DNA from: Selaginella moellendorffii
Lineage: Eukaryota > Plantae > Lycopodiophyta
Length of the DNA: 64,000 bases
Reading direction: 5' to 3'
NCBI RefSeq assembly: GCF_000143415.4
Contig: NW_003314369.1
Coordinates: 496,001-560,000, forward strand
The position numbers were made by a program, and so were the translations under genes. The notes under the pieces were generated by a model, which did not search any database, was not told the DNA's origin, and saw only the letters and a list, made by a program, of their open reading frames with translations. Positions 27,026 to 40,890 of the stretch are shown here, one piece after another (position 1 is the first letter of the stretch; every line of letters begins with the position of its first letter).

Positions 27026-28399
27026 AAAATTGATGGACGGCCGGGATGCTTGTAAAATCAAATCTGAGAAAGGTAAGTTTTATAACCTAATATTTTAATA
27101 GAAAGGTAGATAAAACTTTCACTATTTACCAATTCACGTATATTAAAAACCATTGCAGAATATTCTCATTCCAAAAATGCAAAAAAAATCCTATATAAAT
27201 GAATATTCTCAAATAAATGCACAAGAGTGAGATACTCTCTATATAAAGGGAACTTCTCTCCATTTATTTTGTATTTGGAAAATCTTGAAATGCATTCCAA
27301 GGATTTTCCAAGAATGCTTGAAAACTTGACAATCATTCTTTCATTGGTCCAAAAACAATTTGAAAACACTAGGGCTACATATAAATGGAACAACTTTCAT
27401 CATGGTTTATTTATAGAGTACAAAGTGGATAATTTTAAAGTATATAACATTTGGCATACCATTACAAAATCCATAAGTGTCTCCCTTTAATGCTTCTTTA
27501 CAACCTAAGAACTTTAACTACTTCCCATCTTTCCAAAAGGATATGAGATGCAGGTGTACAATTATATATTATTATTAGTATAGTGGAGATTTGGTAGTTG
27601 TTGGATTGATTTCAATCTGAACCACTTGCATTATATATAATCTAGGGTTTTCTTGCTAATCCGATATACATATTTTATATTCCATACACTCTAAATTTTA
27701 GAAATTTATGTATTTATATTAAAATTAACATTTTTAAGAATTTAAAGTTAAAACACTTTTTATACTTTTATTCTATCAAAATTTTTATATTCTTGATTTT
27801 TTAATCCATATCCTATGGTCCAAAAAAACTAACTATGCAATCATTTATAGATTGTGGCTGTTATTATTGGTTAAATTGCTAAAGCTTGCCAAATGCTAAA
27901 GTACTAGTTGCATGTATCATCCTACATTTATATTTATGGATCAAGCATTCAGACATTTATTATTTTCATTAGTCAAGGATTATATAGACAAAACACCCCA
28001 CCCTAAAGAAGTGTTCTATCCAAGAGATTTAGAAGTTTGAATGCTTGATCAATAGAGTTAATGAAAATGCATTGTGACTCAATGTGAGATTCTATTATTT
28101 TATATACCACAGCTACTATAGCATTTGACAAACTACAGTAATTTAAGTAACCACAATAGACTTTGTAAATGATAGGAGTGGGATGGCTAAAGCTACTGAC
28201 CATTTCACAACAATGTTTTTGAGGATTTGAAACCTTTACTGATAATTGCCTCTAATAAAGTAGTCTTTTCTATTGAAAAATCTATGTGTTGACTAGTACA
28301 CTATAAGGTTTATTGGAAGCTTGTCTTGAAACACCTTCATAAGCAAATAGTGTTCTTGAACACATATAAGTCTAAAAGTGTAGGGATGGTGGTTGGAAT

Positions 28400-29338
28400 G
28401 CACTTAAGGAACAATTGCGAAGTCATAGCATCCAAACATGTATCCACTCGGATCATCATTTTCATCTCTATGTATGCAACAAGATTAGTTAGTGACTAAT
28501 TATTATTGACTAATCACAAGTTCCCACCTCTTTCTCGATGACTCATTTTTGAAAAGGGGTATGGTTGTGTAAACAATTTAATCTGCCAATTTATAATATG
28601 TCTAAATCTTCCTGACGGGGTTGATTTCTTGCTCAAGGGAAGTTAGGCCTTTGGCCTTCTTCCTATATCCCTGCAGGCAGGGATGTATCATTCTTTTGTA
28701 AGCCGAGTGGTACTTAGAGTAGCAAGGGTGGCTAACTCTGTTAGTCATTTCCTTGTCAGCGACGGCTAAAGAGTGTCTGAGTCTTAATGTCTTTGAATAT
28801 AGAGGAGAGGTTGTTCCATAACTCATTTCAGTCGGTGTGTTTCCCATATAGTGTGCTTTCCATTAACTTTTGAAGTTATTTCCTAAACGGTTTGCTACTT
28901 AAGCATGCATCGACGAGGACGTCAATCTTCCCCAAGGGGAGGAGAGTGACACGAATGTGACTTCGGGTATCGAAAGATACTTGTCGGCTAGTCCTTAGGA
29001 ACACTCTTTCCTTATTGCCATGACAGTAGGAGGTCGGTATAATTAGTTCCTTTTATCATTCCCACTTGAGCTAATTAAAAAACTGGTCAATGACCTTGCA
29101 CTTAAATTGGTAAACATAAGGTAAGAACTTTATGTGTTTCTTGCTGAGCATACTCGGCCTAGTTTAAGAAACTCGTGTCATTGGTTTGCACTTGCTAGTA
29201 TCAAGAACCCCCTCAATATTAAGTCTAGTCTCTCAATATCATTATCATTTCGGTCCCAAGTGTTATTTATGGAAAGTGTCTAAATTCGCTTATTTGGCAT
29301 ATCTACGGAATGTAGAGATCGGCCTGAACACAATGGTG
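28400..29338 (+). mobile_element. Ty3/Gypsy remnant: polypurine tract plus truncated LTR (28947-29338), same family as the LTR at 32395-35069
   Basis: gacgaggacgtcaatcttcccaaggggaggagag (PPT) is followed by TG at 28947. 28947-29338 is a diverged inverted copy of 34618-35069. 28408-28490 repeats 32262-32345. Confidence 0.75.
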
Positions 29339-29550
29339 ATAAGGTTTAAGCCTGGTAGATTGGATACCTTGTTAATATATTATTTTATTTATATTAATAA
29401 AAATGATAAAACTACATATTAATTTACAATACAAAATAAAAAATTTAATAAGTCAAATAAAATTCAGAATATCAGAATCTTAAAAGTATATTCTAGGTCT
29501 ATTTAAGAACATACTACATATCCAATCTACCAAGCTTAAACCTTATCCCC
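29338..29550. mobile_element. MITE-like AT-rich element with 29-bp terminal inverted repeats
   Basis: gataaggtttaagcctggtagattggata at the left end pairs with tatccaatctaccaagcttaaaccttatc at the right end (1 mismatch). No clear TSD. Confidence 0.65.
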
Positions 29551-32500
29551 AAAGGTTTTTCAGGGCCTTTATTCACTAAAACAAAGCTAATAGAAAGCAA
29601 GAGTGAATCACCACCCAAAACTCTTTAACAACTAAGCTAACTAAAGTTGAAGATACTTTACTTAGTGTCCAAGACCAATCCTCCAACAATACTCAGTTAC
29701 AAATAACACATCATCAAGGAGTGATTCACCACATCCAAGATTTAATAAAATCCAACACCATAGACTAAATGTAACCAAATAATATCAACAGAGGTATAGC
29801 CAATATACCAACATAGAAAAAACCATGCAAGTCTAACAACATGATCCTCTACAACACTAACTAGCAAAACAAGCCTATCACTGATAAATCTTCATCGAGT
29901 GAAACAAGTGTTAACATTCCTTAACAAAGTCTACAAATAATCACTAGTCACAAAGCAACCACCAATTACTTTTCAACTTGCTTTCACAAGACCCAAACAC
30001 TAAACTTATATCATCAAATCATATATTTGTCCAACATGAACATAATATCCTAGATATGAGATAAAGGTTCATAAACAAGCATAAGCTAAATGACCACTCG
30101 AATCCAACTCAATAAGCTCAGTAATGGATTTAACCATTAGCTCTAAGCATGTCTTGAAGAGGCTAGTTATACATGACCAACACTTTGTTGAAACTAAAGT
30201 GAAGATCATGAGATGGACTTATATCGGTACACAACCTCCTCATACACAAAGCTATAGTACGGGTACCAACATCTTAACCTCAAACAACTAAGTTGAACAT
30301 TATCATCTTCAACCAAGGCGCAAAGCTACCAAGACTAAGTCTGAATCAATGAGAGTTCACTACTCTCATAAAGTTTAACAAAATTCAAGATGCAACTTGC
30401 CACCAAGTAAAATGCTATAAAAGAAAGGCACAAAAGTCACCCTTCTTAGAAGAGTACAACGATGTAAACTCTAGTGTGCTTACAACAGCTACTTTCTTAC
30501 ACCAACTCCAAACTCTATCCAATCAATTGCTTTAGCCTCAAAAGTCAACATCCCTTTTAGGTCATATCATATAAACTACTTACTAAAGTTTAAGCTAATT
30601 GAAGTCAACTCTAACCCTTTCACTAATTTGTAATGGTTTATGAAAACAAAATGGTTTTCAAGTAAAATGATAAATAGATTAGCCATTGGAAAAGTCTAGG
30701 AAAATTTGTGGAAAAAAAATTTTCATCCTAGAAAAAGAATGACTCTTAGTCTAGGAATGCAAACTCTCTAGACTCAACTAACTTCCTTATACCTACAACT
30801 TCACATAGGCTCACCTCAACACAAATTCTCATGACCCATAGTATGCTTAAGCACCTATATTTTTGATATCTAACACCGATATCCTCAAAATGCAAAATGA
30901 ACATCCAAGGCTTGATCACGAAGACTATATCTTTGGACATCCATATTGCACTAACATTCTTTTTCAATCACCTACAAGATTCAATATGAAGCCAAAACAT
31001 TAACAAAAAAAATGACATGGAAAATTAAGTTTTAAGGAAAATTTTTTCCATCTGACAATCTACTCCAAATACTAACAGATAAACCGATAAGCCATAGCAA
31101 ATGAATGTTATAACCTTTTTCCAACAGCTCAATAGGCAAACTCAAGGAATCTAGGTACTGACTTAAGCTTAACATAATGGATCATCATCGAGAATCAAGT
31201 TAAAGCTACTACAATATTATTATATGTAAATAGATTAACTTCTCTATTAACCACTTTGGGGTTGATCATCGTTTAACTAAACAACTTTGTAAATGCATTA
31301 CTCATTATCACATAGATATGATATAAAAAATCATAATGAATTGATCATCAATTGAGTAACACCACGAGTAGTGTTTATATCACTACTACAAAAGTCTATG
31401 TGAGTATCAAATGCCAACTCTATTCAACAAAATGCAACATAAATACCCACTGATAGAGATTTACAATACTTAACACTTCTAACTTTTGTTCACAAACTCA
31501 TACCACTTTTTTTCTGACCAAATTCAAAACTAATCCAATACCAAACTACTCAAGGAGTAATAGCAAGGTTCTTCGAAAAAGAATTAAACATTGCAACCCA
31601 ATTCTTCAATAGCAAATCTAGACAAAATGGTTTAACGCTCTACCACTATCCATCCCACAACTCACCATTTGTAAGACTATCATTTTCCACATGCATCAAG
31701 ATAAGGACTCTTGATTGCATGATATGAACACAAGCAATGAGATCACACATCATTACAAATCATCTCTTCAAAAAGAGAAAATGATTTACATGTTTGATCC
31801 TTCATCTCTGATAACTCACTTTTTTATCTCATTTTTTTACTAAACCTCAAGCTTGCTTTCACATTGCCTTTAGTCCAATCCAAGAAAAGTTTATGAGAGA
31901 GCACGGTAATGACTATATGAACCAATAGACTAATCCCTACAGTCTTGATTAATCCACTTATAATCATGCTTAGAAAAGATCCACTAGTGCCGTGCTAAAT
32001 AGCTACGGATTAGTTTATTTGCCACTCATAGAAAACCCAAGGAAGATTTACTTTTACCCACGGTACATGGAACAACTCATGGAACCACTAATATCCTAAC
32101 ATTAATCCTACCAACTCAAAGTGTAACCTTGAGTTGCTAATGTGCCTCACTCACGAGCCCAAGCACGAACTCGTGCTAATGAAACATCTTACATCCATCT
32201 TATGAGCCTAAGCAAAAGCTCATACAATCTAGTATGAAAGGTAACTAAATTTCATACCCATGGAACAATTGCAAAGCCTTTACACTGAAATATATACCCA
32301 CTCGGATCACCGTTTTCATCTCTGCGTATGCAACAAGACTAGTTACCTAATCTCATTGGATAGTACTCACCGAGACTCATCCTTTGATACCAAATGTAAC
32401 ACACGTGGTTTTTACCCTTTATTTTATAGTGTTTTACTATAAAATAACCACAAAACGGAACCTAAACACTCCATATGCCACATGCTCAAAGGACAATGGT

Positions 32501-33067
32501 GTGGAACCCGAGTTTCAAGGCCTTGGACCACTGAATGAAGGAATAGTGCCAAACTCCCAAGTATGGAGCCAAGGAGCAATGGTACTGGAATACAGAACAA
32601 TTCCCAAGCATATAGCCCAAGGAGCAAAGGGACAGGAGCATGGAGCAACTTGGATCAGTTTTAGAGCAACTAACATTCTAATGCCAAGACCAACATGCAA
32701 AATAGAGTTAAATGGAGTTTAGTGCTATTTCAGTATACCAGTGGCCTAATGCAAGGATATGGGTACTCCACCAGCTAACATAGAATGGAACTTGGGCTTA
32801 GACCCAAGCCAAATGCAAAACAAGGACAGGCATGCAAGCGAAAGCTAAATTATACTATGAGACACAAAATCCCTAGGCCCCAAAATGGAGCCGAAAGGGT
32901 GCCATGTGGTAATGGCTAAAGCGAAAGCCAAACAAATGTAACACATTTGGACTAAAAGCTCCGACTTGAAAGGTTGAGAGCGGGAGTGATACTCCCAACG
33001 AAGTGCTTGAGGAACAAGTGCAAAGCAAGCAATAAGTGAGTCTTTAGAAAAGGGACACAAGAGGAAC

Positions 33068-33812
33068 TGAGATGGAGTCCGAGATGGACCCAAGATGGAG
33101 TCCGAGATGGACCAAGATGGACCCAAGATGGACCCGAGATGGAGTCTAAGATGGAGTCTGAGATGGACCCGAGATGGAATCCGAAATGGAGTCTTAGATG
33201 GAGTCCGAGATGGACTGAAATGGAGTCCAAGATGGACCCGAGATGGAGTCTGAGATGGAGTCCGAGATGGACCTGAGATGGAGTCCGAGATGGAGTCCTA
33301 GATGGAGTCCGAGATGGACCAAGATGGAGTCCGAGATGGACCCGAGATGGAATCCGAGATGGAGTCCAAAATGGACCCGAGATGGACCCGAGATGGAGTT
33401 CAAGATGGACCCGAGATAGAGTTCGAGATGGAGTTCTAGATGGAGTCCGAGATGGACCCGAGATGGAATCCGAGATAAAGTCCAAGATGGACCCAAGATG
33501 GAGTCCAAGATGGACCCGAGATGGAGTCCGAGATGGACCCGAGATGGAGTCCGAGATGGACCCGAGATGGAGTCCAAGATGGACCCGAGATGGAGTCCGA
33601 GATGGAGTCCAAGATGGACTCCGAGAAGGATCCGAGATGGAGTCCGAAGTCGAGACCAAGACCGTGACCAGGACTGAGACTGAGACCGAGGCCGAGGCAG
33701 AGCCCGAGTCCGAGTCCGAGCCCGAGCCCGAGTCCGAGTCTGAGTCCGAGTCCGAGTCCGAGTCCAAGTCTGAGTTTGAGTCCAAGTCTGAGTCCGAGTC
33801 CGAGTTCGAGTC
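33068..33812. repeat. Composite tandem array inside the LTR: 11/12-bp units (gagatggagtcc / gagatggaccc) followed by 6-bp units (gagtcc)
   Basis: Directly visible. About 570 bp of 11/12-mers grade into about 170 bp of hexamers. Confidence 0.95.
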
Positions 33813-34413
33813 TAAGGGGGTGAAAGCCCAAAGCATTCATCTCCCAAACCCTAGAGGTTTTAGTGAGCTCCAAAAGTATAGTAGGGGGAGGATTCCAGTG
33901 GAGTCAGTTTGGCCAGGAAAGGCCAGTTTATCCCAGAAAGGCTGTACCTAGGTGTTGGGTGATGGGATAACCACTAGGAAGTCCAAAGCTAGAGTGAATA
34001 CAGACTGACAAGTGGGGTAGCTTGGTGAAGTGTTCAAGAGCCGACTCTAATTCCCCCGAGAGATCAAATGGTCAATGTTCCCAGTCCAAGTGTGAGTGGC
34101 ACTACCTACTTGAATACCTGACGTGGCTCAATGAAACCTCACTCTAAGCTCATGGCTAGAGCACCCAAAGGTGAAAGGCGGGGAGAGTAACCATGAGGCT
34201 CATATAAGGCCACGGTGTTCCGAAATGTTGTCCCAAAAGCCCAGACTGTGGAAAGGAAGAGGAGTAGTCCTTTGGTGTAGTGACCAAGGATACAATCAGG
34301 TGGTAAAGAGGTCCCAAAGGACCATGGGACTTAGTGGTCGGGCCTGTGGACCTCAATCCAATGGTAGTGTTGGCAAACACGGCCATGGGCAGAAAGGGAC
34401 TTGGTAGGGACCA

Positions 34414-34513
34414 NNNNNNNNNNNNNNNNNNNNNNNNNNNNNNNNNNNNNNNNNNNNNNNNNNNNNNNNNNNNNNNNNNNNNNNNNNNNNNNNNNNNNNN
34501 NNNNNNNNNNNNN
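34414..34513. other. Assembly gap (100 N) next to a poly-C run
   Basis: N-run followed by about 18 C. Confidence 0.98.
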
Positions 34514-35249
34514 ACCCCCCCCCCCCCCCCCCTTGAGGAACACACGCTTTGGGCTTTCACCCAAAGCTTCCTACTAAATATGGAATATTCCTAGATTGCG
34601 AATTTGGATATAGGACGAACACCATTGTGTTCAAGACAATCTCTACATTCCATAGATATGCCAGATGAGCAAATTTAGACACTTTCCATAAATAGCATTT
34701 GGGACCGGAATAAGACTAACACAAAGAGCATGATAGCAAAGGTGTTTGGTAAACACGGTAAATTATCATGTAGTGAATATTAAAGGACCAAGCTCAACAT
34801 CACAAGGGTTCCCAACATTAACAAGTGCAAGTTAACGAATAAGTTTCTTTAACTAGGTCAAGTATGCTTAACTAATAACATTTAGGAATTTCGTCCTTAT
34901 GCTCATTTGGTCAAGTACACACATAAAGACCAATTTCTCAATTAGCTTAGGTGAAGATTAATAAAGGATCCAGCAATACCAACCTCCTACTGTCGTGGTA
35001 GTAAGGAAAAAATATCCAAAACAACTAACCAACAAGTAATTTTCAATACTTACAGTCACATTTGCAACACCAATGACAAGTACATTTCATGCTTGAGCAT
35101 CATTAATAGCCTACAAAAAAGAGGAAAGAAAGGCCATGAAGCTCAAAAGAGCCAAAAAGAAAGGGGTTTAATATGTAGTAGTTATAAAGAAAATATTTGA
35201 GTGTCAAATTACAAAATAGTTGATAAAATAAGAAGAAAAAAAAGTTATG

Positions 35250-38200
35250 AAGGAAGTAATAGATTAAAGAAGTAACACTAGCAAAAGTTTATTAAGAGTC
35301 CATAACCAATGAAAAATAAATATGCTTATATTCCAAACCATCACCATGCCCTAGTAAGTTTAAAGCACTAAAGGGTTGAGACTCAAACCCAACTTTTATA
35401 TATGCATCTATAGATGGTATTATCCAAGATGCTTGGTGTGACTCCCCACACCAATGCACTAATTTATACTTAATGTGCACTATGGATCACAACTTAGAAA
35501 CTTAATTCCTTTGAACTTCCAAGTCCTTTCACTTGACAAGCTTATAATTATGCATGTACTCCTGGTCACCCTTTTTGAAGTTAACACTTTTAACTAAGAT
35601 CTTTATTCCTCTGACTTACCAATCTCACTTAGCAAGTCACCTGATTAGTGTAACATAGTTCTATGCATAAGTGTGAAAGTCTTTAAACATCAACTTACAT
35701 TCAAAAATATCTCTTTGAACACTCAAGAATTAATTCCCCAACCTTGATAACATTGCCTTATGGCAAATTTCAAGACTACACTTCTGCTGCACCACTCTAA
35801 TTTCATGCGTTCTTATAAACCATTTAAACTTGTCTTTCTAAGTATCTACTAAGAATTATCTTTGGAAATCTTGAAAGGACTCTGTCCCTTAGCTTGAAAG
35901 TTTTTCCTTTTGCAAGCTTTCTAATTACTATATGATCAAAAATGGATAAATTCTATATTTTAGAATTTCTATAGCAATATGATTGTTAATAATAACATTT
36001 TCGAGCACCCACTTGATTCTCCACTCCCAACTTGCATAACCACCCTCAACTATGCCTTTTGATTTTTATAGTTTGATTCTATCCTTTTATTACTTTCTTT
36101 TTCGCTTTATACATTCCTTTTAGTTATTCTCTTCTAAGCTAAGAGGGTAGCTTTGCACTTTCTACTATGCCTTAACATATATTCTTAGGGATGAATCTAC
36201 TCATTAGTCTAGGGAGTGGTTATTTAATCTTGATATGCTCACCTTAACCTTCTGGAAGCCCTAGATTCCAAATTATGGCGAGAGATCATGAATATTTGCA
36301 AAGATTTATATCACCATCTCCAGCTTTCGTCAACCTTGGAAATTGGATAGCATCTTCTATCCATTTTTTTTTAGAGACTTAGTCTGATGGGTCTTATCTA
36401 ATGCCTCCATAATATCTCAACACCACCTCTTTGGTGTTTTAAGGTGTTTATATGTTTCAGTGATGCATTTCCCAAACAATGAACATTTCTTATTATAACA
36501 CTTACCCATTATAATGCAATGCAAGCAATTTATTCCCCAAGAGATATATCTAACCTCTTCCTTGCTCAACCAAAAAGTCTCAAGAAGTTAATTCTAACAA
36601 ATTATTCCAAACCTTTGCTTAGTTGTTTCATAGTTATCATATTCTACAACTCATTGTTGATGCTTCTACACATCCATCAATATTTGGTCAAAGCACTTAA
36701 ATTGCATGTCTTCCATCTTAAACTATGCCAATCCCATTTTCATTAACATTCCTTTATTAAGAGGTTCTTATAAACCAATCAACTTCACCTCAAAACATTA
36801 CATATTGGAATATTTAGTGTCTCCACACCATCAACAGTATAAACCTACCCTCACGATACGTCCCACTTGTGTCTAAATTTTTCCCAAAACAATAGTAATA
36901 ATTTTTTATGTTAACTATCGGTTAGCATACAATATAGTGTTCATCCACAACTCCTCACTAAAATTACTTTCTTTAATAAACATCTTTTCATGACTTTAGT
37001 ATGGCATATTCTGCTATCAATGAAATACCCACTATTCTTATATTTAAATCTCAAGATTTTCCTATTTCTCCAACACACTTCTATCTAAACAGAGTTCTCC
37101 AAGCTTTTGGGACTATCCCTTAACTCTACTAAGTTATCTAATTTTTAGACTTTGTTAATTCAACATTCCATAAAGCTGTAGCCTCTTTGCTACTTTTGAG
37201 GTGCCACCACACTTTAATACAACTTTTTGTATTAACATTCTATTCATAAAGACCATCTTTATAAGTGTTACTCTAACACTTGATTATCCTTTGTTTTACA
37301 TAGGTTACTTTTGCCCATTGGAACTATCCTTCCATATAAGAATAACACTAACTCATCCTTTGAGTACACCTCCGAAATTCTTTGGGTTGTTCTGATTTTT
37401 ATTAAATGTAGCCCCAACTACCATTTCAAGGACATATATCTTTATTCATATTTGACCTTTTACAATCACCAACCTTTCATGGTTATTAATTCTAATTTCA
37501 AATTCATAAGCACCATCTTTAACCACATGAGGATAATCTATCGACTCCTTTATTGTCCAAAGTCTCTATCTTTTCTATGATCCCAATTATAATTGTTTAT
37601 CACAACCATATTAGCCAATTTGCTAAGTCAAACATTTATATAAATCACATCCTCAACTTTCTACAAAAAACTTTCTATTGTTTCCAAAATCCTAAAGTCA
37701 TTCCTTTATTAGTCATTTTCTATCCTCTACATTGCTTACACATTCACATATGAACTCAAATGGAAAGTCATGCCCTCTTGACATACCACTCCTTGAGAGG
37801 ATAGACCCACTCTTAGGACACTTTGATGCCAATATCAAGTGGTGATATATCTGACCACCAATAAAAGTTAAACTAAAGAATAGTTTCAATACCAAATTGT
37901 AAATGACTAAATTTTCCATTCTATTTTAGTCACTTTACCACACCTTTAACCATTTGAAGTCTCACTTATAACCTTCATAAGTTCTATTCCTAACTTGGAA
38001 ACATGCTAACCCCATGAATAGCATCTATGCCATTTAGCCTTTGCACTTGTTCCAAGTGCTCCATATATCTAATCCCATGATAAACACCTCAAAGGTATTA
38101 TTGGAATTTTAACCTATTACTCTAAGGCCATATCCATTTACTATTGCCTCACTAGTAGTCCAAAACCATCTATACCATAATCCCTTCTCCCAAAGACTAG
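35250..38200 (-). mobile_element. Second decayed Ty3/Gypsy pol region, probably a chromovirus
   Basis: RT-like FFSLTFIGGQIYHHLIL (cf. FSKIDLxxGYHQI) at ~37850, integrase GPY/F-like SPFKI at ~35875, and chromodomain-like YKLVHWCGESHQASW at ~35450. The order matches Gypsy pol. Confidence 0.6.
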
Positions 38201-39840
38201 AAAGTGCTATATATACTTCCTTATAATTACACTAATGATTTTAGGAAGGTGGAAAATGGTAACAATGAACAGATGAGATTATCAACCATTCCATGGGAAT
38301 TGCCTAGAAAATGATTGATGAAAAAGGATAAATCATAATATTCTATATGGACAAAAAGTCAACACTGGTATATAAAGAATTCCAAAAGTATGCACTTAAT
38401 ATTCATATAATTTTCAATGACTATCCATTTGGATATAATGGATGACTTGGGAAAGATAAAGGTTTGTGTAATATTAATCATCTAGGAAAATTACCATTTT
38501 AATTTTTGCAGAAAATCAACTCTAAAAATAAAGCTAGTAAAACTAAAAAAAGTTGAACCATGGTTTACCGCTACTACATTTAACAAATGGGACCTCAATA
38601 ATGATTTTTTCAAGTTCATAAAAATATTTTAACACTATATGACAATGACGCAAACTTGATTAGGAGGGTATATAATTCTTTGACTTCTTAATACATTGTA
38701 CCACACCGAACAAAGGCGTCATTTTGGATCTATTTGCAAGAATAGGAAGCTCACTTGTGGTAGCAGGAACAAACAAGTGCTACCTTTTGTCTTTAGAAGA
38801 AGACTCTGAAATCCTAATAATCTCAAACAAGAAAAGGAAGAGTTAGTAGTTAAGATGAAGAAGGGTAAAGGTAAAGAACCAATTTTTGAACTTCTAGGTG
38901 ACTCTAATGAAGAAGTTTAAATTCGAAATTTTGAAGATGATTAATAGCTTTTAAATAAGTAAGTTTTGACATAATTATCACTTATTTAAATTTAACTATA
39001 TCTTTACTTAGTTTTATATGAATGTCTTTAATATATTCTCATTTCTTACATAATTTCTAAGCTTCTGAAATGGAATTATATAAAAAAGAAAACATATGAT
39101 AACTTGATAAAATAGAAAACATATAACACTAAAAAATTAAAACATTGGACTCCATCTTATGGTTGTCGGTTTCTTCTTTAGAAACATTGTCGTCTTCATC
39201 ATCTCAATTATCAGATACATCACTATCACTATTTGCAAAAGAAGATTTCACCCCATCTTTAGCTAGATGAGTTTTCTTGGGTGGGGAGGAGAAACTAGAG
39301 TGGAAGTTAGAGTGTTAAACTTTGGTATTAGATTATAATGGATTTTAGTGATGAAATTGGAGAGAAAATAAGTATGGGCCACGTAGTCCCATCATCATCC
39401 TCAAAATGTAATATGGGCCCATTTCACCTAAATTCTCTATCAACATCTTTAGACCTTGCTATTCTCATTTCTACAAGGATAAAATATAAGAGCCTAAAGA
39501 TGTTGATAGAGAATCTAGATAAGAGACAAGGCAATATTTTGGCAGTGGCTAAGAATTTGGACGACCATATAAAGAATGTGGAAAAACTTTGGTGGATCAC
39601 TTGATAAACCTGACCTTAATGAAAGACTAAAAACTTCATTCATTTAAAGTTCCTCTTCCAAATTTAAGAAACATTTGAAATCTATCAAGTCAAATTTTAA
39701 AAAACATTAGAGTCTGATATTTGAATCTGACTCTACAAAAACCAAATAATATGCAATAAATTTATCATGATCAAAATATAATACGGTCAAACTTTTTCAG
39801 GTAAAAATTAACTTACTTGATTTCACAATTATATTAAAAT

Positions 39841-40015
39841 ATATTATTTTATTTATATTAATAAAAATGATAAAACTACATATTAATTTACAATACAAAA
39901 TAAAAATTCTAATAAGTCAAATAAAATTCAGAATATCAGAATCTTAAAAGGTATATTCTAGGTCTATTTAAGAACATACTACATATCCAATCTACCAGGC
40001 TTAAACCTTATCCCC
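39841..40015. repeat. Second, 5'-truncated copy of the MITE-like element
   Basis: About 175 bp nearly identical to 29378-29550. Its TIR is a perfect reverse complement of the left TIR at 29338. Confidence 0.85.
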
Positions 40016-40890
40016 GAAGTTTTCATCTCTGTCCAGCTTAGTTTTTAGTTTTGTTGTTTTCATGTGTCGAGGTGCCACCTGTTCAGTGAGCCATTCAGGT
40101 GAGAAGTCTTCATTAAGCTGTTTCTTAAGCAAATCTCCATGGAGTGAAACGTGAGTGTCACTTACCCTTTTGTAGAGCCTCTGAAAGCATTGAAGTGGAT
40201 TAAGCAAAAAGCTTGTACTCAAGGTTTTCATAGATTCTTATCCTCTTGCTTCTCTTTTTTTCACTCCTGCAGGCTCCTGAGCTACAAGATCTTTTCTTTT
40301 CTAAAGATAGAGCTTTGTGTAAGAAGTTTTCTCAAGTTTTTTTGCAGAAGAGTTCTTATTCGCTTCTTTTGGTTTGCGCTAGGACGTGTTTGCTGCTGAG
40401 GGAAATGCAATATCTACTGGATGGAACTGGATGAGGTTGTGCTACGGAACAAGATCATTCTCGAGCTACTACTCACGCTCCCAAGGTTTGTTTCTCAATT
40501 TGAGTCGTTTTCTTATGCTATTTCATCAACGTTTCCTTTTCTTTTAGAAGAGGAAGCACGGCTTTCATTAGTATTCAAAGCCTTTAAATCAACACGTAAT
40601 TCACCTTGATCTATTGAGGTGCAATCTTTTTCCGAATGGCAGGCAAAGTTACAGCTCTTGAACGACCTCGAGATGGTGGAGATGAAGATCGTGACAATTA
40701 GAGCTTGCTGGAATAGGTAGCACTTGATCAAATCTTCCTTTCCTCTTTGTTTCATCTGTGTAATTCTCACCTTCTGGAAAGGAATTGGCAGATGAAGTTC
40801 TAACGAAATGATTAGCTACAAACTAATCTTGATCTAAGCTCTGTTGGAAATTTGAATTTCCCGCCCTTCGCCAAAAACCCTAGTCCTACG

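Larger units (their letters stand above)
29551..35069 (-). mobile_element. Decayed Ty3/Gypsy LTR retrotransposon: 5' LTR (35069-32395), tRNA-iMet PBS, degenerate gag-pol
   Basis: The minus-strand LTR starts TGTTGCAAATGTGACT at 35069 and ends CA at 32395, followed by TGGTATCAAAGG (PBS). Residual WW...FVKEC integrase zinc-finger-like (~29930) and ...IDD RT-like (~31350) codons remain, interrupted by many stops. Confidence 0.75.

Noticed and set aside
31982-32012. Hairpin next to CTAG resembling a Helitron 3' end
   Set aside because: Spacing of 2 nt is atypical and it lies inside the Gypsy internal region.
33068-33640. Possible CRISPR-like array
   Set aside because: Contiguous 11/12-bp units without unique spacers, in a eukaryotic context.
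32952-33951. Long Ser/Asp/Arg-rich ORFs on both strands (294, 189 and 145 aa)
   Set aside because: Translation artefacts of the stop-poor tandem array inside an LTR.
40020-40800. Exon/intron-like sequence right of the MITE copy
   Set aside because: Could be a gene remnant, but no consistent frame or motif could be built.
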